This document shows, one piece after another, positions 38,701-52,408 of a stretch of DNA of 64,000 bases (positions within the stretch are counted from its first letter, which is position 1; every line of letters begins with the position of its first letter). The notes beneath the pieces are model-generated. The model was not told where the DNA came from, did not search any database, and worked only from the letters and a program-made list of their open reading frames with translations. The position numbers and the translations under genes were made by a program. Source of the DNA: Aplysia californica (taxonomy: Eukaryota); the NCBI RefSeq assembly GCF_000002075.1, contig NW_004798595.1, positions 18,822 through 82,821 of the forward strand. The letters are read 5' to 3'.

Positions 38701-41700
38701 AATGATCATTTGGAAAACACAATGAAATAGCAGGTACATAGAGTACATCAAAGACACACATGGCGGGTAGCCAGTGAGTTAAGATGATACCAATAACTCC
38801 ACATGCTCAAAAATTGACCAGCACCTGATTCTACTGCTTCATGACACATACATATATGCCTTGAAAAGTTGACACACCTCTTATATACCCTAATAGGTGA
38901 CTAGTTATTTACTGAAAATTGATATGATAAAGGTAATTTATCGCCACTGCCAGTCTTTCTCCCTCTGCAAAGATGTAACAATTTAATGCTACTCAGTCCT
39001 TAATTAATACAATTAGGATAAACGATGGAAGAAGAGGTAGTGTTCCATCACAAGAACATTTATCCTGGATTGGTCCACATTCTGAAAAGAAGACAAATTC
39101 ATTCTCAGCAACGCAAGCCTCATTTGACAAGGATCGGCTAAAAAGAAAATCCACATCTCACTCACCTCCAGCCTCCTTGCTGAGACTGTGTAGGAGGGCG
39201 AGACAGCGGCCCACCAGACCCGCACTGATGTATGGCCGGTTCCTCACACCCGAAATGGATTCAGAGATCTTAGCCAGTACACGTGCCAAGGGTGAGCTTT
39301 CCACTGCCTTAGCCGGTGAGAGCTCCTCCGATGAGTTCTCTGATTGTGACTTCTCCTCTGTTACAACAGCTGTCAGAATCAACATTCGAGCAATGCTGAT
39401 GACTTTGTACCCTTCAAAGACAACATTGTTGTCTTTTTCTGAAATAAAAGAATGTCCTTGTTTTATTATATATATGCAGCCGTGTAAACATTATAATAGA
39501 AAACTTCGAAGGAAGAGAGTTAAGCCGCATGTCAATTACAGTAGGTGGAATCTTCCAAAAATGAAATAAATAAGAAAGATCATTTAGCCATTCAGGCTTG
39601 GATCTACACGTTTTACAAGACAAGACCCAATAAACTACACGAAAGGGTTGGGCAGGGAATTTATGGATTAACATGCAGCATTTTACAGGTAGTGGGAACA
39701 GTAAATGAAACAGCTCCATATCTTTATGGACGTCAACAAAACAATGATTTAGTTTAGTACTCGTTTGTTAATGAAAAAGTAGCATCGGGTCTGAAAAGTT
39801 ATTATTAGTGAAAAAGGAAAGACATTTATTAAAATACACTATTCAGTTCACAAGGTATGCATACAATAATGCAGAGCACATTTACCATACATGACAAATT
39901 CCATTTTAAAGTTCATACCAAAGAATTATTTCGTAAGGTACAAGTCTTATTAGGATAGGACAACATGACCATTATTTATCACTTGGCTACTTAACTTACC
40001 TCACCAACACTTTTGAATCAAACGGAAATGAGATATTATATTTACTCCTCTTAGAGAGTTGCTTTTTTTTTCTTCGAAACTTCATTTCTGGACAGGCAAC
40101 CAAGTCTACTGTCTTCATTTACAATGACTTCACTGCGCCAAGAAGGGTTCCTATTTAGATAACTAAATTAAACTGAAAGGAGAAAAGATACATCTATAAA
40201 AAATGTTACTTGCTCACCTTCACCACTGCCTTGCAAAAAGTCCAATATCCATGACACAATGTCCTCTTTCTTCACAAACACAAGCATTTCATCAGTCTGG
40301 AGCCATCGCACCAAACTATCCCACAAGGATGTTCCCCTCTGCAAACTTTCTTCACGGTTCACAGAGGCAAATGTATCAAAAACCTCCCAAAGTGATGTAC
40401 TGTTCTGGGGGAAAAAATAGGCTTTTGAGAAAAAAAGAAATCTCACAGAACAATTCAGAATTACATTAATATGTGTCACGACGAGGTGGAATACACGGCG
40501 CTCGTCCTTTTTGGGGCATGTGGAGCCATTGGTATCATTTTAAAGTATGTTCATTTGTCTTGCTTTCGATGAAAAAATACTAATCTAACTTGAAAAGAAG
40601 TCGAGATATTTGCGATAGAAAGAGGCGGGGGTTGCCTGGTTTCGGAGGTAACTTTAGTAAGAAAATGGCCGCCAAAGTTTGGTGACTCCCAAAGCTTGAG
40701 AATCCTTGGAAACTGAAAATTTACCATTTTTGTGCCTTTTATCAATGTTTTTCAGTAAAATCCATAAAAAATGTATTTTGAAATGGACATGAAGGGTGTT
40801 GAGCAAAAAAAACAACCAGAAATTCTATACATATTCTAAACTGGCAGAAAAATGGAGTTTCTTCGATTTCTTCATTTTGATGAGCGCCTGTTTCACCACA
40901 ATGCCTCACATATATGAGCCATTCTCAAAAGGTGAGCACGCCTGGAGTGCCTTTTTTTTGTCTTGACATGACAAACAGCACAAAAGGATATTTTGTATGA
41001 AACCAAGCTTTTTCAATCCAAAATTGAACAAACTGATGCCTTTAAATAAACAGGAAAAAGCCTCATTTTACAAGTTTACCAAAAAGCAATGATTTTAGAA
41101 ACGGGTACTATATTTTATTTGCTTAAAAGGTGTTTGACATTCGTTTATGACTATAGATCTGACAAAATTCTCCATCTTCGCGTTGGTAAAGAACAACTAC
41201 ACCTTATAACGTGTCTGAACAAAAGAAATTAAGACATATATACATGATCTTGTGGCTAGGCTTCTGGACTCACAATCATAACGTCCAGGGTTCATACCTT
41301 GGATCAGATCTGACAATTTCTCCTTTAAAGACATTTTATGCAAGTTTTCCTCACTTTACAGAGGTGGGTGCTTGTTTAATTCATAGGTGACAGGCTATGT
41401 CTTTCGGTGCGACCAAAGTTATGGGTTGTACGGATATATATATATATATATCATGAAACAAAATCTTTAAAACAGCTGGTAGCTCTGTTTGCATTGTAAA
41501 TACCTGTACTAAAAAGCCCCTCATATATAATTGACATATTCATCTTTCCATTTGGCCTATTCAAGGGAGTTTCAATAAACAAATCATAGCTAAATATACA
41601 AAGCAACTTGATCTTTATCGTGGTGACTCTAGGCAGGGAGAGCCATACGATGTGTTTACTGCAGTCATGAATGAGTTGAGACAATCAAAGATCTCGTCAG

Positions 41701-44700
41701 ACAGTTAGAATCTTGAGACCTTGTAATAAGGCAGCCTGTAGCAATGCTTCCACAGAAGTTGAGAATGTCTCGGGACACTATTATTGGTATAGAGTCTGTC
41801 GCTATAGCAGTATACACTAAAGCATACAGAACTCTCTTTTTAGTTGGGTTGTGATTATGCCCTATAACAATGCAATTTATCATTAACTCCTCATCTCCAA
41901 CAAGCTGCGGTCGGAACCGCTGTGTTGGTAAGCTACTGGCAGTAGACTGTACACAATCTTTTACAGCAGCTTCAACGTTAAATTACTTTTTGGCAATTGC
42001 TGGTAACAGGTCTCTTCTACCAGGAGTTCTTTCATTAGGTGAAGAACTATCAAAATAGGTTCACTAACTTTGATTTAAAGACCAATTTATTGGCATATAT
42101 ACATAAATTTAGATTTCATATCAAAAGAGGGCCTCGGCATAGTGGGTATACCCCAACCCAACCCCCCCCCCCCCCCCCCCCTCTGAGATAAATAGATAAT
42201 AGATCAAAAGGCAAAAACAGACTGACCACATCCAACAAGTTCATGACCATCTGGCATATAAAGCACTGAATCGCTCCACGTGTCATAGTCTCCAGTGTGG
42301 TCAAGCAAGCTTGTAGAACGTTCCTGGAATAATAAGAGCCTTTTATCAAAATTCAGACTGTAAATGAAAAGTTGACACCCTCAACTATAACATGAAAGAA
42401 CCTGAAAGTTTCAAAAAAGAAACGGTAAAGATTTTTTCTTTACTTATACTTTACTTTTTAATTCTGTTGCCATTAAGCATTGAGGAAAGATGCAGTTTTC
42501 TAGGGAAGGCCAGCTCTGCAGCTCTTTTAATTGGGATATCCTTCAATCTATCTTTTACATGGACTACTTCCTTTATAACTTGAGTACTTGGTGTTACATT
42601 TTTTTCTTTAAACAACTAAAATTCAGAGCCTAAACTTTCAAACCAATTTCAGGGATACTGTCCAGTTCAAAATGAACATGTTCGTTGAGTTTAAAACTTT
42701 CCTGTACCCAGCAACCTCTCCCTCAAATGGAAGATGAAAGACCTGCCAATGATACTTTCTAAAAAACCAACCTGATCAGTTTCAAGTGACCTGAGTTGAT
42801 GACTGGTCCCTGAGAGATGTGACTTAGCCCTTCAAACAGAAACACCAAAGGTATAGAGCCCCAGCTGTTGTCACACACAATCTGTAGCACGTTGGTCAAG
42901 TATTCAACTGGAAGACAACAACAAAATTTACATTGGTATCTCAAGTTAAAAACATAATGAATATTAAGAATGTGAAAAAAAATGTTGGTTTTATTTTCTT
43001 TGCGAACTTCATCCCTATCTACATTAAGCTATAAATACTGGGAAAGAGAGAAGATTTTTTAGCAAGAGGAGCAGAATCTGTCTCTAGATGACTTAACAAA
43101 CTAGACTGTGTAAGTCCCACCACAGTATGTCACATACACCAAGCATGGGAGAGTGTGTCTTTGTCATGGGCCAGATATTGAATGATTCAACTATCTTGTG
43201 AGCCAAAGCAGCAGAAAATTGAGTGAAATCGGTTGAAATCTGTCAGAACATTGTTGTCACTATGAATATCAAACAATAGCTAGAACTGATACCACTCCAC
43301 ACCTTTCTGAGTCTTGTCCAGAGTTTTGAAAAGGTGATCAAAGAATCCCCTCAGAGCCTCTCCAACGGGTGAACTTTTCCCCAGTTCGGTACTTTCATAC
43401 CTGAGGAGATGTCAAGGTACAAGCTATTCAAATACATTCACTGAAGTTACCGAAACAATTAGCAAATTTTAAGCGCTGTACACCACTGAAATACTGCAAG
43501 GCATTGAGCTATAGAATCTGTGGAAAAAAAGCTTGTGACTTTAATAAAGAATTATCGGCCTACCATTACTTCCAGTGCAGGAAAAAAACACAATACTACG
43601 TTCAATTTGAATGTTTGAGTTGGACATGATTCAGGTCAATGATTCTTTGATAAGAAGTTAAATTGAAAAATTCGAACTACAATCAGTGCATCTTGAAGCA
43701 ATGAAATTCATTTGCACTCTTACCTAAAACGTCATGTTTGTTCTCACACTCCATTAAGTTACAGAGCATGTATGTTAAAATAATAGAATAATTTTTCCAT
43801 GACTCTCAACTCAAGACAATGCCAGACAGTATAAGAAAAGGTAACGTAACCAATCAACCAATAGCACATGTACAAGTGCACTTATAGCTCGTTCACTTTC
43901 GTCAGACCGTGGTTAAAATGGGACAAAAACAAATCACTCTGTTCTTTGTATGCAGATCTAAAAGTTAAGCAACAAACAGAATCTAAAAGCCTATTCATAA
44001 AAGTCACTGCAAACTAAGGTTCGGACACGTTTTCTTTGATGTAAGATTAAAGCAGGTAAAAAAAAATAGGGGATTTACAGCACACACCTAACACATTTAA
44101 AAGTTGACATATTTTCCTCAACACCCCACTTTAACCTTCACCTGAGAAACTTGATTAAAGAGACAGAGTGAGTATTTTTCGAGACTCATGTGGAGCACAT
44201 GGAGACGTCTGGACAGCCGGGGGATGAAATTTACAAACTTACACTGAAATGTTGGGGGGGTAGGTGGGGTGTGTGTCGCTGTCTCAAAATGAGCAATTTG
44301 TAGGTAAGGCATTTATTTTAGTGATCCTGTGTATGCATCCAAAGATGGTTTTTAATAAAGGGCCTAAACAGAAAAACTGTTTTATTACAGGGTCAAGATT
44401 TTTTAAATTATATTTTGTTTGGTCGCTGGCCTGCAAAAGTGCCATGCAAAGTTTCGTGGGCATAGATAAATTCCTCAATGAACTAGAATTTTATTAACGC
44501 GGTTCGACGAAAGTGAACAAACTATAACATGCACTTTACTGGAACATGATAAAATATGTGAGGCAGCGTGGTGGAATCAGGCTCTCGTCAAAATAATCAA
44601 AGTGAAGAAACTTGCATTTTTCCACAGGTTTGTGAATTTTTTTGAATTTTTTGTTTTTTGGCTCAACACCTTTCATGCCCATTAAAGAACTCATTTCTGT

Positions 44701-47700
44701 GTGGATTTTTCTGAAAAACGTTGATTAAATGCACAAAGATGGTAAATTTTCAGTCATCACGGACTCTTAAGCTAAAGAAATAACTAATCTTTGACGGCCA
44801 TTTTCTCACTAATTTTACCTCTGAAAACAGGTGACCCCCACCCCCTTCATTTGCAAATATCTCGACTTGTATTCAAGATAAATGGATTTTTTTTCATCCA
44901 AATAAAGATAAGTGAACAAGCTTGAAGATGATACCAATAACTCTACATGCCCCAAAATTGACGAGAGCCTGATTCCACCACGCTGCCTCACATATAGTCA
45001 AAAGCAGCTGTATAGTAAGCCTACCTGGTGTAAAGCTTGTTTTCTTGAAGGTAGACCAACAAGTCATGACTTAAAAACTGAAATAGAATTGGCATATAAT
45101 TAGAACCTTCTGTGGAAGTACAAATGAAAACAAGCAATTTACAACTACCACAAACATTTTACAAACTCAATTTTGACATTTCTGTGACAAATCATACTTC
45201 TTCAAAACAAAAGATGTAACCTTTATTTGTCACAATCAACTTTTGTTGATAGATAAACTTATAATTACCCAACAATACAAACACACACACAAAAAAACTT
45301 TTCCTTCTTCCACAACAAGAATGTCCTACTTATCCCCTTTATTGAACTCTACTTCATTTATCTCTCTCCATTGCCATTGCAAAAGTACATTTGCCTGAGA
45401 AACCACTTTTCTCCCTGTGTAGCTTTCTCTCTCTATGTACCTATTGTTATGTCTGTCTGTCTATTTGACTATCTGTCTCACTCTCTTCCCACCTCCCTCT
45501 CTTTCTTTCAAACTGTTCATATTGTCCTTTCACCAATTAGGTCCCAATCTCTTCTCTTCTCTGCCCCCCACCCCCCTTCCTTTTCCCACCAACCCAACAC
45601 ATCAAGGACAGCAGCAGAGAACACACCTTCAGTTGCCCATGAGCAATCAAGGGTACTTGCTGGAAGTCCAGGGTAAGCAGAGCCTGAGCTCCCCAACGAG
45701 ACATGTAGTGACTCTCATGCTGAAAACAACGGCTCACCACAGTCACCAACCAGGAAGAGTGAAATACTTTCAGACCTAATAGAGTAGTATACAGAAGAAA
45801 AATTGAATTCACATACTTGAAGTACAAAATGAAAATGTTCTCCAGCTAGCTACTCCTGCATTTGAGTTAAATTTAAATTGATAAAGCCGTCAGTTTACGT
45901 GGTCATGATGAAACAAACACACGAAATTTTGTTTCTTCTTTTTCTTTCTAAGTTTTCCATTAAGCCGTGCATAGATATGTACTTTTCTTTTAATTATCAT
46001 TAAATTGACACCAAACGAATGTACATTTGTCAAAACGTTGTGTTTGCAGTACCAGATTTACCAACATAACCCTTTATAAATGTAGCGGTTCCAGAAATTA
46101 AATTTGATGAAACATGACCATCAAATCAAAATGCAAAAAATTTTTAAGTCAGATAAGTTTGAATGAAGTTTAAAAATGACAAACAAGCACTTTCTTACCA
46201 CTAGCAGATTGACAGGAACTTGCTGAAATAAGCTTCTGCATCTTAGGAAGCAGAGGTTTGATAATGTGAACCTGAAACAAAAATAGTTACTTGAATGCGC
46301 TTACCATGAAACAATTATCATCATAATCTATATTTATATTTTCAGCACTTTTCAGGGCAACTTAATTTCACTTTGAAATTTGAAAGTCAACATTAAACTA
46401 TCACAATATCAATGCAGAATTCCACGAAGCACAAAATCCTGAGTGATCTCTACAACTCTGCAATTACTTTTACTTTTTGCATCAGTTGCTTCAAAATATT
46501 AGTACCATTTTCACAACAAGAAATGAACCACACATAGCCCAAAGGTTACAAAAATGCTAGTAGATTTTCATTTTTGAACACTCGATCTCTTCAATTTAAC
46601 AACACTGTTCATAAACAATTAAAACTTAATGGATCCTCAAAGTCTTCATGCCATACTGTGGTGGTTTTTATCTTACTATCTTACAATTATTTTCCTGAAT
46701 AACTTGTAACCTACACAAAGCTGCCCAGTATGTGAGAGTGCACTACAGCACAGCACTGAATAAGTAAGTAAAAATTCAAACCCATATATTAAGTTTAACA
46801 GAGTCATTAGTGTCCAGTACCTGTTTTTCCTCCAAAGTTTCAATAAGCAGAGTGAAGTCTTCCCAAACTGCACCCAAGGCTTTTGCTGATTTTGGGGACC
46901 ACCAAAATATAGGCTCTTCTTTCTGTTTCAGTGATGGTTCAGACTGTTCCTTTGTTTGTTCTGTATTGGCCACGTTGACATCACAGCCGTTCTCCCTGCA
47001 CGTGTCCACAAGCCTTTTGAATAGGTACATGGCTAGCTTCCTGTCAGCTGGCTCCATACTAAGCAGTCCAGACTGCACAATGAGCCAAAAATGATTGCTC
47101 ATTCTTTCAGATAATGCACCAGAATTCTTCTTGCCAAGGGGGAAAAGATAGTCCCTCAAACAGTAGAAAACATAGAGAGACTTCCATAAGGCTTCTTTAT
47201 GAGACGAGCCAAAAGCAAGTTGTTCCAGAGGTTGGCAATATGCTTCCCACAACATATTGACGTGCTGTTTTTGTAAAGTCTCAGGAAAAAAGGTGAGAAG
47301 CTTGCTCAACAAGATGAAGGCTTTGCAAAATGCAGTCTCACTGTGGCTTGCTTTAAACACAGTGTTAAATAGAGCAGTCAACACTGTATCTTTTGATGTG
47401 TTTGTTTTATCTTCTACATTCTCTAAGTATCTCGAGAAGACTTCCTGTGAACTCACAACAGAACTAACTAGCTCTAAACAGAAGAACAAAGTGACGGGTT
47501 CTTTGACAGCAGTAAAATAACTCGCATCTTTCTTGTCCACCAGAACTTTCTCATCTATTTCAAGTGCAGTTGCTGCTGGTATAAACATCTGAGTAACGGC
47601 AGTTCCCAGTGTTGGACCACGGAAATGATGAGTACATTTCATCATCAATCTGCTGATGACACTGAAAGCTTTGCTTTTTTCCGAACTTGGTTCTGTCTGA

Positions 47701-47978
47701 TCTGGGAAGACATGCAGGGAGAAAAGTATGGGAAAACAAATGTCTTTGAAGACATGAAGAAGCATTTCTTCCCACTGAGAATCAGTAGCTTTCTGTTCAT
47801 AGCTTTCAGCATCTGAGGCAGACAACATTTGCAGCACTGTGTCTAGACTCGCCAGGCTTTCCCTGAGGGTCTCGGTAGAAACATCTCCTCGCTTCAGCTG
47901 TTCCTGCACTGGTTTTGTCATAAAATCTATCACTAAGTGATACGGAAACTCTTCACTTTGACTTTTGGAGGTCGTCAT
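20733..47978 (-). CDS. TARBP1: TARBP1 / tRNA (guanosine-18 2'-O)-methyltransferase (SpoU/SPOUT family), >1550 aa
   Basis: Phase-consistent GT-AG coding exons, 5' to 3': 46821-47978, 46199-46271, 45627-45775, 45025-45077, 43303-43400, 42772-42907, 42227-42323, 40218-40404, 39166-39438, 37603-37709, 37056-37205, 36398-36579, 35519-35735, [probable exon in gap], 34100-34275, 31846-31917, 30655-30889, 29678-29827, 28100-28183, 27077-27264, 26611-26692, 25992-26172, 24378-24560, 23677-23801, 21881-22017, 20733-20898. C-terminal SpoU motifs are [30 protein letters not shown] and LLLLGNEKEGIP...[15 protein letters not shown]. Also present: [21 protein letters not shown] and DVQKKIMPW. Confidence 0.93.
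22047..22744. mobile_element. piggyBac-type MITE
   Basis: TTAA|CACATTACACCCTA ... TAGGGTGTAATGTG|TTAA (14-bp perfect TIR). Confidence 0.85.
24959..25550. mobile_element. Fold-back MITE, almost entirely palindromic
   Basis: Terminal inverted repeats of about 105 bp (CGTACTCCCCGATTGGGG...), further internal inverted blocks, a TAGATC centre, and TCTA on both flanks. Confidence 0.9.
25732..25986. mobile_element. TA-flanked MITE
   Basis: TATATGGTCGCTTTTAAG.ACA ... TGTCCTTAAAAGCGACCATATA. Confidence 0.8.
28880..29303. mobile_element. MITE, ATATGTG...CACATAT family, copy 1
   Basis: Inverted termini, and the body aligns by eye with 44554-44995. Confidence 0.8.
29301..29645. repeat. Degenerate ~52-54-bp minisatellite
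   Basis: Recurring TATGGTCACTGTTTTATTATAACT...ACTAC motif. Confidence 0.75.
31946..33540. repeat. Diverged ~670-bp direct duplication on either side of a 100-N gap, containing a Tc1/pogo-like end
   Basis: 31946-32615 aligns with 32842-33540. It contains TA|CAGTAGTCTCCGCC, whose complement also occurs at 5537-5552. Confidence 0.85.
37870..38852. mobile_element. MITE, ATATGTG family, truncated copy 2 (interrupted)
   Basis: Shared blocks GGCCATTTTCTCGCT, CAAATATCTCGACTT and GATACCAATAACTCCAC...CACATA. Confidence 0.7.
38144..38778. mobile_element. piggyBac-type MITE nested in an ATATGTG-family MITE
   Basis: TTAA|CTCGCTGGCTACC ... GGTAGCCAGTGAG|TTAA. The host sequence rejoins at TTAA and matches the uninterrupted copy at ~29230. 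Confidence 0.85.
40469..40913. mobile_element. MITE, ATATGTG family, copy 3 (opposite orientation)
   Basis: ATATGTGTCACG ... TTTCACCACAATGCCTCACATAT. Confidence 0.8.
41247..41430 (+). mobile_element. Diverged tRNA-SINE copy
   Basis: GTGGCTAGGCTTCTGGACTCACAATC...GGGTTCATACC resembles the head of the SINE at 7900. Confidence 0.5.
43879..44527. mobile_element. MITE with imperfect TIRs
   Basis: TTATAGCTCGTTCACTTTCGTC ... GACGAAAGTGAACAAACTATAA. Confidence 0.65.
44554..44995. mobile_element. MITE, ATATGTG family, copy 4 (perfect TIR of about 38 bp)
   Basis: ATATGTGAGGCAGCGTGGTGGAATCAGGCTCTCGTCAA ... TTGACGAGAGCCTGATTCCACCACGCTGCCTCACATAT. Confidence 0.9.
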
Positions 47979-48151
47979 TGTAATAGTGTATGACAGGTGA
48001 TGTCCTTTTCTTTTCAGTTAAATTAGGTCATTCAGTTCACTGTCAGCCTGCATAGGGAAAAAAACAAACAAACATGATCACTCTTAATCATTAAGTAGGT
48101 GCTTGAAAGCAAGAAGAACATATAAGAGACTTAGTGAGCACATATTTTTAA

Positions 48152-50051
48152 CGAAGTCACTATTTCTCCGAACGTTCGGAGAAATAGTTCCGATCTTTAT
48201 TTCTCCGAACGGTTTCCAGCTTCCGGTTCGTGATTTTTTGCCTATTTATTGTGAGAGTTCGGCGCCAACTTTCATTCTGCCTCTGGCTCTGATCTGGGAA
48301 GGAACACCACATGGCAAGCCTGCCTACATACAACCTTCAGTAACACCCACCACACACACACCACCATCCTGCACATGTACACACACAAACTTATACTTAT
48401 ACACACACTAACTAAACATGATCAGTGGGCAACTTTTGAACGTATGACGAGCTGAGTTGTGGATGGAGAGACAGTGTGAGTGACAGAGCGGGTGAAAGGA
48501 AGAATTAACGAGTGTATCCACAGGCGACAGCAACTACAAGACGACGACACCGACCCCCCTGGCCCGGTCCACAGCTCACGAACGAAAGGAATGTTGCTAA
48601 GGCAGTGTTTTACCTATATTATTGTCCATGGTTCGCAGGGAGCAAGGGAAAGAGTGAGATTTTCTTTGTGTGTGCCTGGAGGGAGGGGGTGGGGTGTGAA
48701 AGTCATGAGAACGGGGATGAGCCGCGGGAGAGAACACGGGAATTGAATGAATGAGTGAAACTGAAAGAGAGGAACGACTCATGAGCACTGGAGTGAATGT
48801 ATCCTGTTTTTTATCTTTGTATACTTTGAACTGTTACTGAATAAAGGCTGAAATAAAGCCCGAAAAACACACACACACTCACTCCTCACTCTCCACTTAC
48901 ACACTTACTACCACACACAGACACACTCACACACGCACATGCATAGACACACGCACACACACACACACAGGAGCAAAATTTGGGTCTATATCTATTTCAA
49001 TTTTCAAGAGCTAGTCTAGAGATTTTTAGATGAGTGTAAAAACGTGAAAAAGAAAGGTTTCACAACAGAATTAAATCAAAATTAGTCGAACAGCCCATAA
49101 ACAACCACAAAAATTAACAGATAAGGGTGTGTGTCAACCTAGAACCCATAAAAGTGCGTAATTTTTTTTTTTTTAAGTACAGGATATTACATGTAAATTA
49201 TGGAATCACACACATTAAGGGGCCTGCCAGTGTCAGTACATGTACGGTTTTGGTGGAACGTACGCTCTAACATAAAACATTTAAATCTATATATATACAT
49301 CATGTATATAATATATATATAGAGAGAGAATCTAATGAAGGTAGGTACTAGGAACATCAAATTAAATGACGTTACACTATGCAATGTTCCCCCCCCCCCC
49401 TTTCCCCAACAAAAAAAAATTGATAGAAAAACACCACATCAGAACAATAACAAGAAAAAAAGTTACACACTAACAAAATAAAACCCCGCAGAGAGTCAAA
49501 GAGGGAAAAATAAAAGTAACTAACGTATATTTCAAATCAACGTGGTGACAACAAGTGAGAAAGAGACTAAGTGAAGCTAAGGGAACTTTCTTTCAAAAGT
49601 AAAGAGGTTCGGTTTCTTTCTTTTTTTTTTTTTTTTTTTACTTTTATTCCCCGACCAAAAAATGCCAAAAAATCGAGCCACGATTGATTGGTCGCGGCAG
49701 CGACAAACGCTGAAGCTAGTTCTATGTGTCGTTATCAATAACCCTCCGTAGATCTAGATCTAGACAGCACTCGAGTGAACACAACACATTAAGTTTAAGA
49801 GCAGCACCCTTCAAAGGCAACACGTCATATCTGTAGCGAAAAACTGTTTGGAACTGTAGTATTTTTTTATATAAATATTTTTACTGCAGACATTTTTGGA
49901 CCGATTGAACCATATTGTGTACGAACAATCTTTGGTAGGTCTATACTCTATATAATATCCTAAATTTGGGGGAAAAGATGTGATTTCAGAGTGTTCGGAG
50001 AAATAGTGCCCAGCTTTATTTTCCCGAACGTTCGGAGAAATAGTGCCGGCC
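48152..50051. mobile_element. Non-autonomous MULE-like element in TARBP1 intron 1
   Basis: 9-bp TSD TATTTTTAA (48143-48151, 50052-50060) and inverted CACTATTTCTCCGAACGTTCGG terminal blocks. Confidence 0.8.
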
Positions 50052-51436
50052 TATTTTTAAAGTAAAGGAGGGGACAAGGACAGGGGCAGCTCAAAAGATA
50101 TGTATAAGGAGACTCCTAAGCCAATACTGAATGATTGGAAAACCTTGTGGAGAAGTCACAATGCACTCGCACAACAAAAGAGATGTCCTATGCAATGCAT
50201 TTTTAACAAATTTGTGTCTGTATGGTCACTATAAGAGATTGGACCTTTGTGAGTTATGATGAGAAAGAATACCATAGAGAAGTGACAGGGGAAGGGGACA
50301 GGAGTGTGAGGGTGAATGTCATGTCAAATTTTACAGAAACCTAAGTGTCTTGGAATAAGATGAAATTTACTGTACTGTGATTTAAAATTTAGAAATGTCA
50401 TAAACCCCTACACCTATTCCCATCCATTTGCTCCCCTGGTCAGTAAAATTTTCCGCTATTAAACATCAATTTGTTCCATTGTGATATGCTTCATTCAGTG
50501 TGGTAATTTTCTTTTCTTTGCCCATTTCTATCATTACTTTGAAGATTTATGTGTTAAATGAATGTAACAGTGTAACTTTTGATGTCGTGTGTTACAAGAA
50601 TTTGACCCCATTCTACAAGATTTACGGACTAGTTTCACAAAAACTATATTCTGTGTTATTTCCTACCATCCACTTAACACTTTCATAAAAAGCATTTGAT
50701 TATAAATAGCTCTTTTTTTTTAATTGTGGAACTTTCGTATTTTTATAGTAGTGTTTTTATGTCTGTTACAATGCAATGTCACGAGAGGTGGACATTCTGT
50801 CTAATGTTGTCATACACATGCATTTAACCAGGAATAGATGCATTCCAGCAAAGTACATGCTATGAGAGTACAAGCATATAAAGATAACTGGAATACTTTA
50901 TTCTATCATTGGAAGAATGGAAGAAAAAATTTCCTTACGAAATCAAATATTGGTATTTTTGTCTTTGAACTGTTCCATTTTTCTATCACTTTTCCCCACT
51001 GTTTTTTGTATGAAAGAGATGGTTTCAACCGTTTCTGAGTTCAGAACTACATCATTAAACCTTTTAGTCAATAATTAGTTTGTCAATTTTTGTGAACACC
51101 TGAAAGACCATTGATTTCATGTAATATTGTTTCGTGCGGTTCAGATGTAGAATCTAGTTTTTTTTTTATTTTGTAGCCTGCCCTGGGGAGGACATGCGAT
51201 TAAACGTAGAAGGACGCATACTATTTTTAGGTAAGGTGGCCAATTTGTGTGACGTCAGACCGGAACACCCCCCCAGATCATGTGACTATACTATATTTAG
51301 CCAACGGGATGGCACGACGCTTTGGAGCGATGTTTTTCCAGGAATACTGGTAATGTGATATGATGCGGTGCTCTGATGATGAATAGTCTCTTTTATACGG
51401 TAGATCTAGAGGAAACGTTCAAAGAATGAATTCAGT

Positions 51437-52408
51437 AGACGCAGAGTGAACCGGAAAATTAGGAAGCTCAAACCCGTCAGTGTCTCAATGAAGGAAATTG
51501 TTGACATTCTCGTATGGTGTCAATACTGGAACTGGAATTCCGAAATGTGATTAACATCAGAAACACATCATTCTATGCGGCTATAGATGCAGAGTGAACC
51601 GGAAAATTAGGAACCTAAACCCGTCAGTGTCTCAATGAAGGAAATTGTTGACATTCTCGTATGGTGTCAATACTGGAACTGGAATTCCGAAATGTGATTA
51701 ACATCAGAAACACATCATTCTATGCGGCTATAGATGCAGAGTGAACCGGAAAATTAGGAACCTAAACCCGTCAGTGTCTCAATGAAGGAAATTGTTGACA
51801 TTCTCGTATGGTGTCAATACTGGAAGGCCACCTCTATTCTCACCCGGAGTGAGAATAGTGCAGGCGAGTCTTGTGGCTATTCTCACCCGGTGCGCGTTCA
51901 CCAAATTTTACGTTCACCCTAAACCACAGAATTCTACACTGTGATAACAGAAAAATTGTAGAATTCTGTGCCGTGAACAAACGTTCCATTACAACTGTAG
52001 TGTCTGTAGCCTACTAAAAGTAGTAAAAGCGTACAATTTTGTCTGTGGGCAGTGGAGAGAGAGAGAGAAAGAGAGAGAGGAGTAGCGCTAGAATTTCCGG
52101 GCAAAACAAAATGGCGACCCGCGTAGTTCGGCTCGATTCGAAAAGTTAAATAGCCGTAGCATCTTTGTAGACAACCAAATGAATTTACTTTTGTGTTTTA
52201 ACATCATTTTTTAACTTTGTTATTGTTTTGGTCAATTTGATCGTCCACACCGATAGACAGTATTCAGAAAGAGACAGAGAGAGAGAGAAGAGGGGAGGAG
52301 TTGATCTTGCGAGAACTTCCGGCGGGTGAGAATGAGAATAGCCACTTTCATACTGGAACTGGAATTCCGAAATGTGATTAACATCAGAAACACATCATTC
52401 TATGCGGC
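51437..52408. repeat. 147-148-bp tandem repeat, 3 units, third unit split by an insertion
   Basis: Units start at 51437, 51585 and 51732. The third unit resumes at about 52359. Confidence 0.9.
51826..52349. mobile_element. Non-autonomous MULE-like element
   Basis: 9-bp TSD ATACTGGAA (51817-51825, 52350-52358). Termini GGCCACCTCTATTCTCAC and GAGAATAGCCACTTTC. The right part is also present, inverted, at 12794-13075. Confidence 0.8.

Noticed and set aside
39013-39082. Extra TARBP1 exon candidates (also 36212-36247)
   Set aside because: No phase-compatible stop-free reading, and the neighbouring exons already join in frame.
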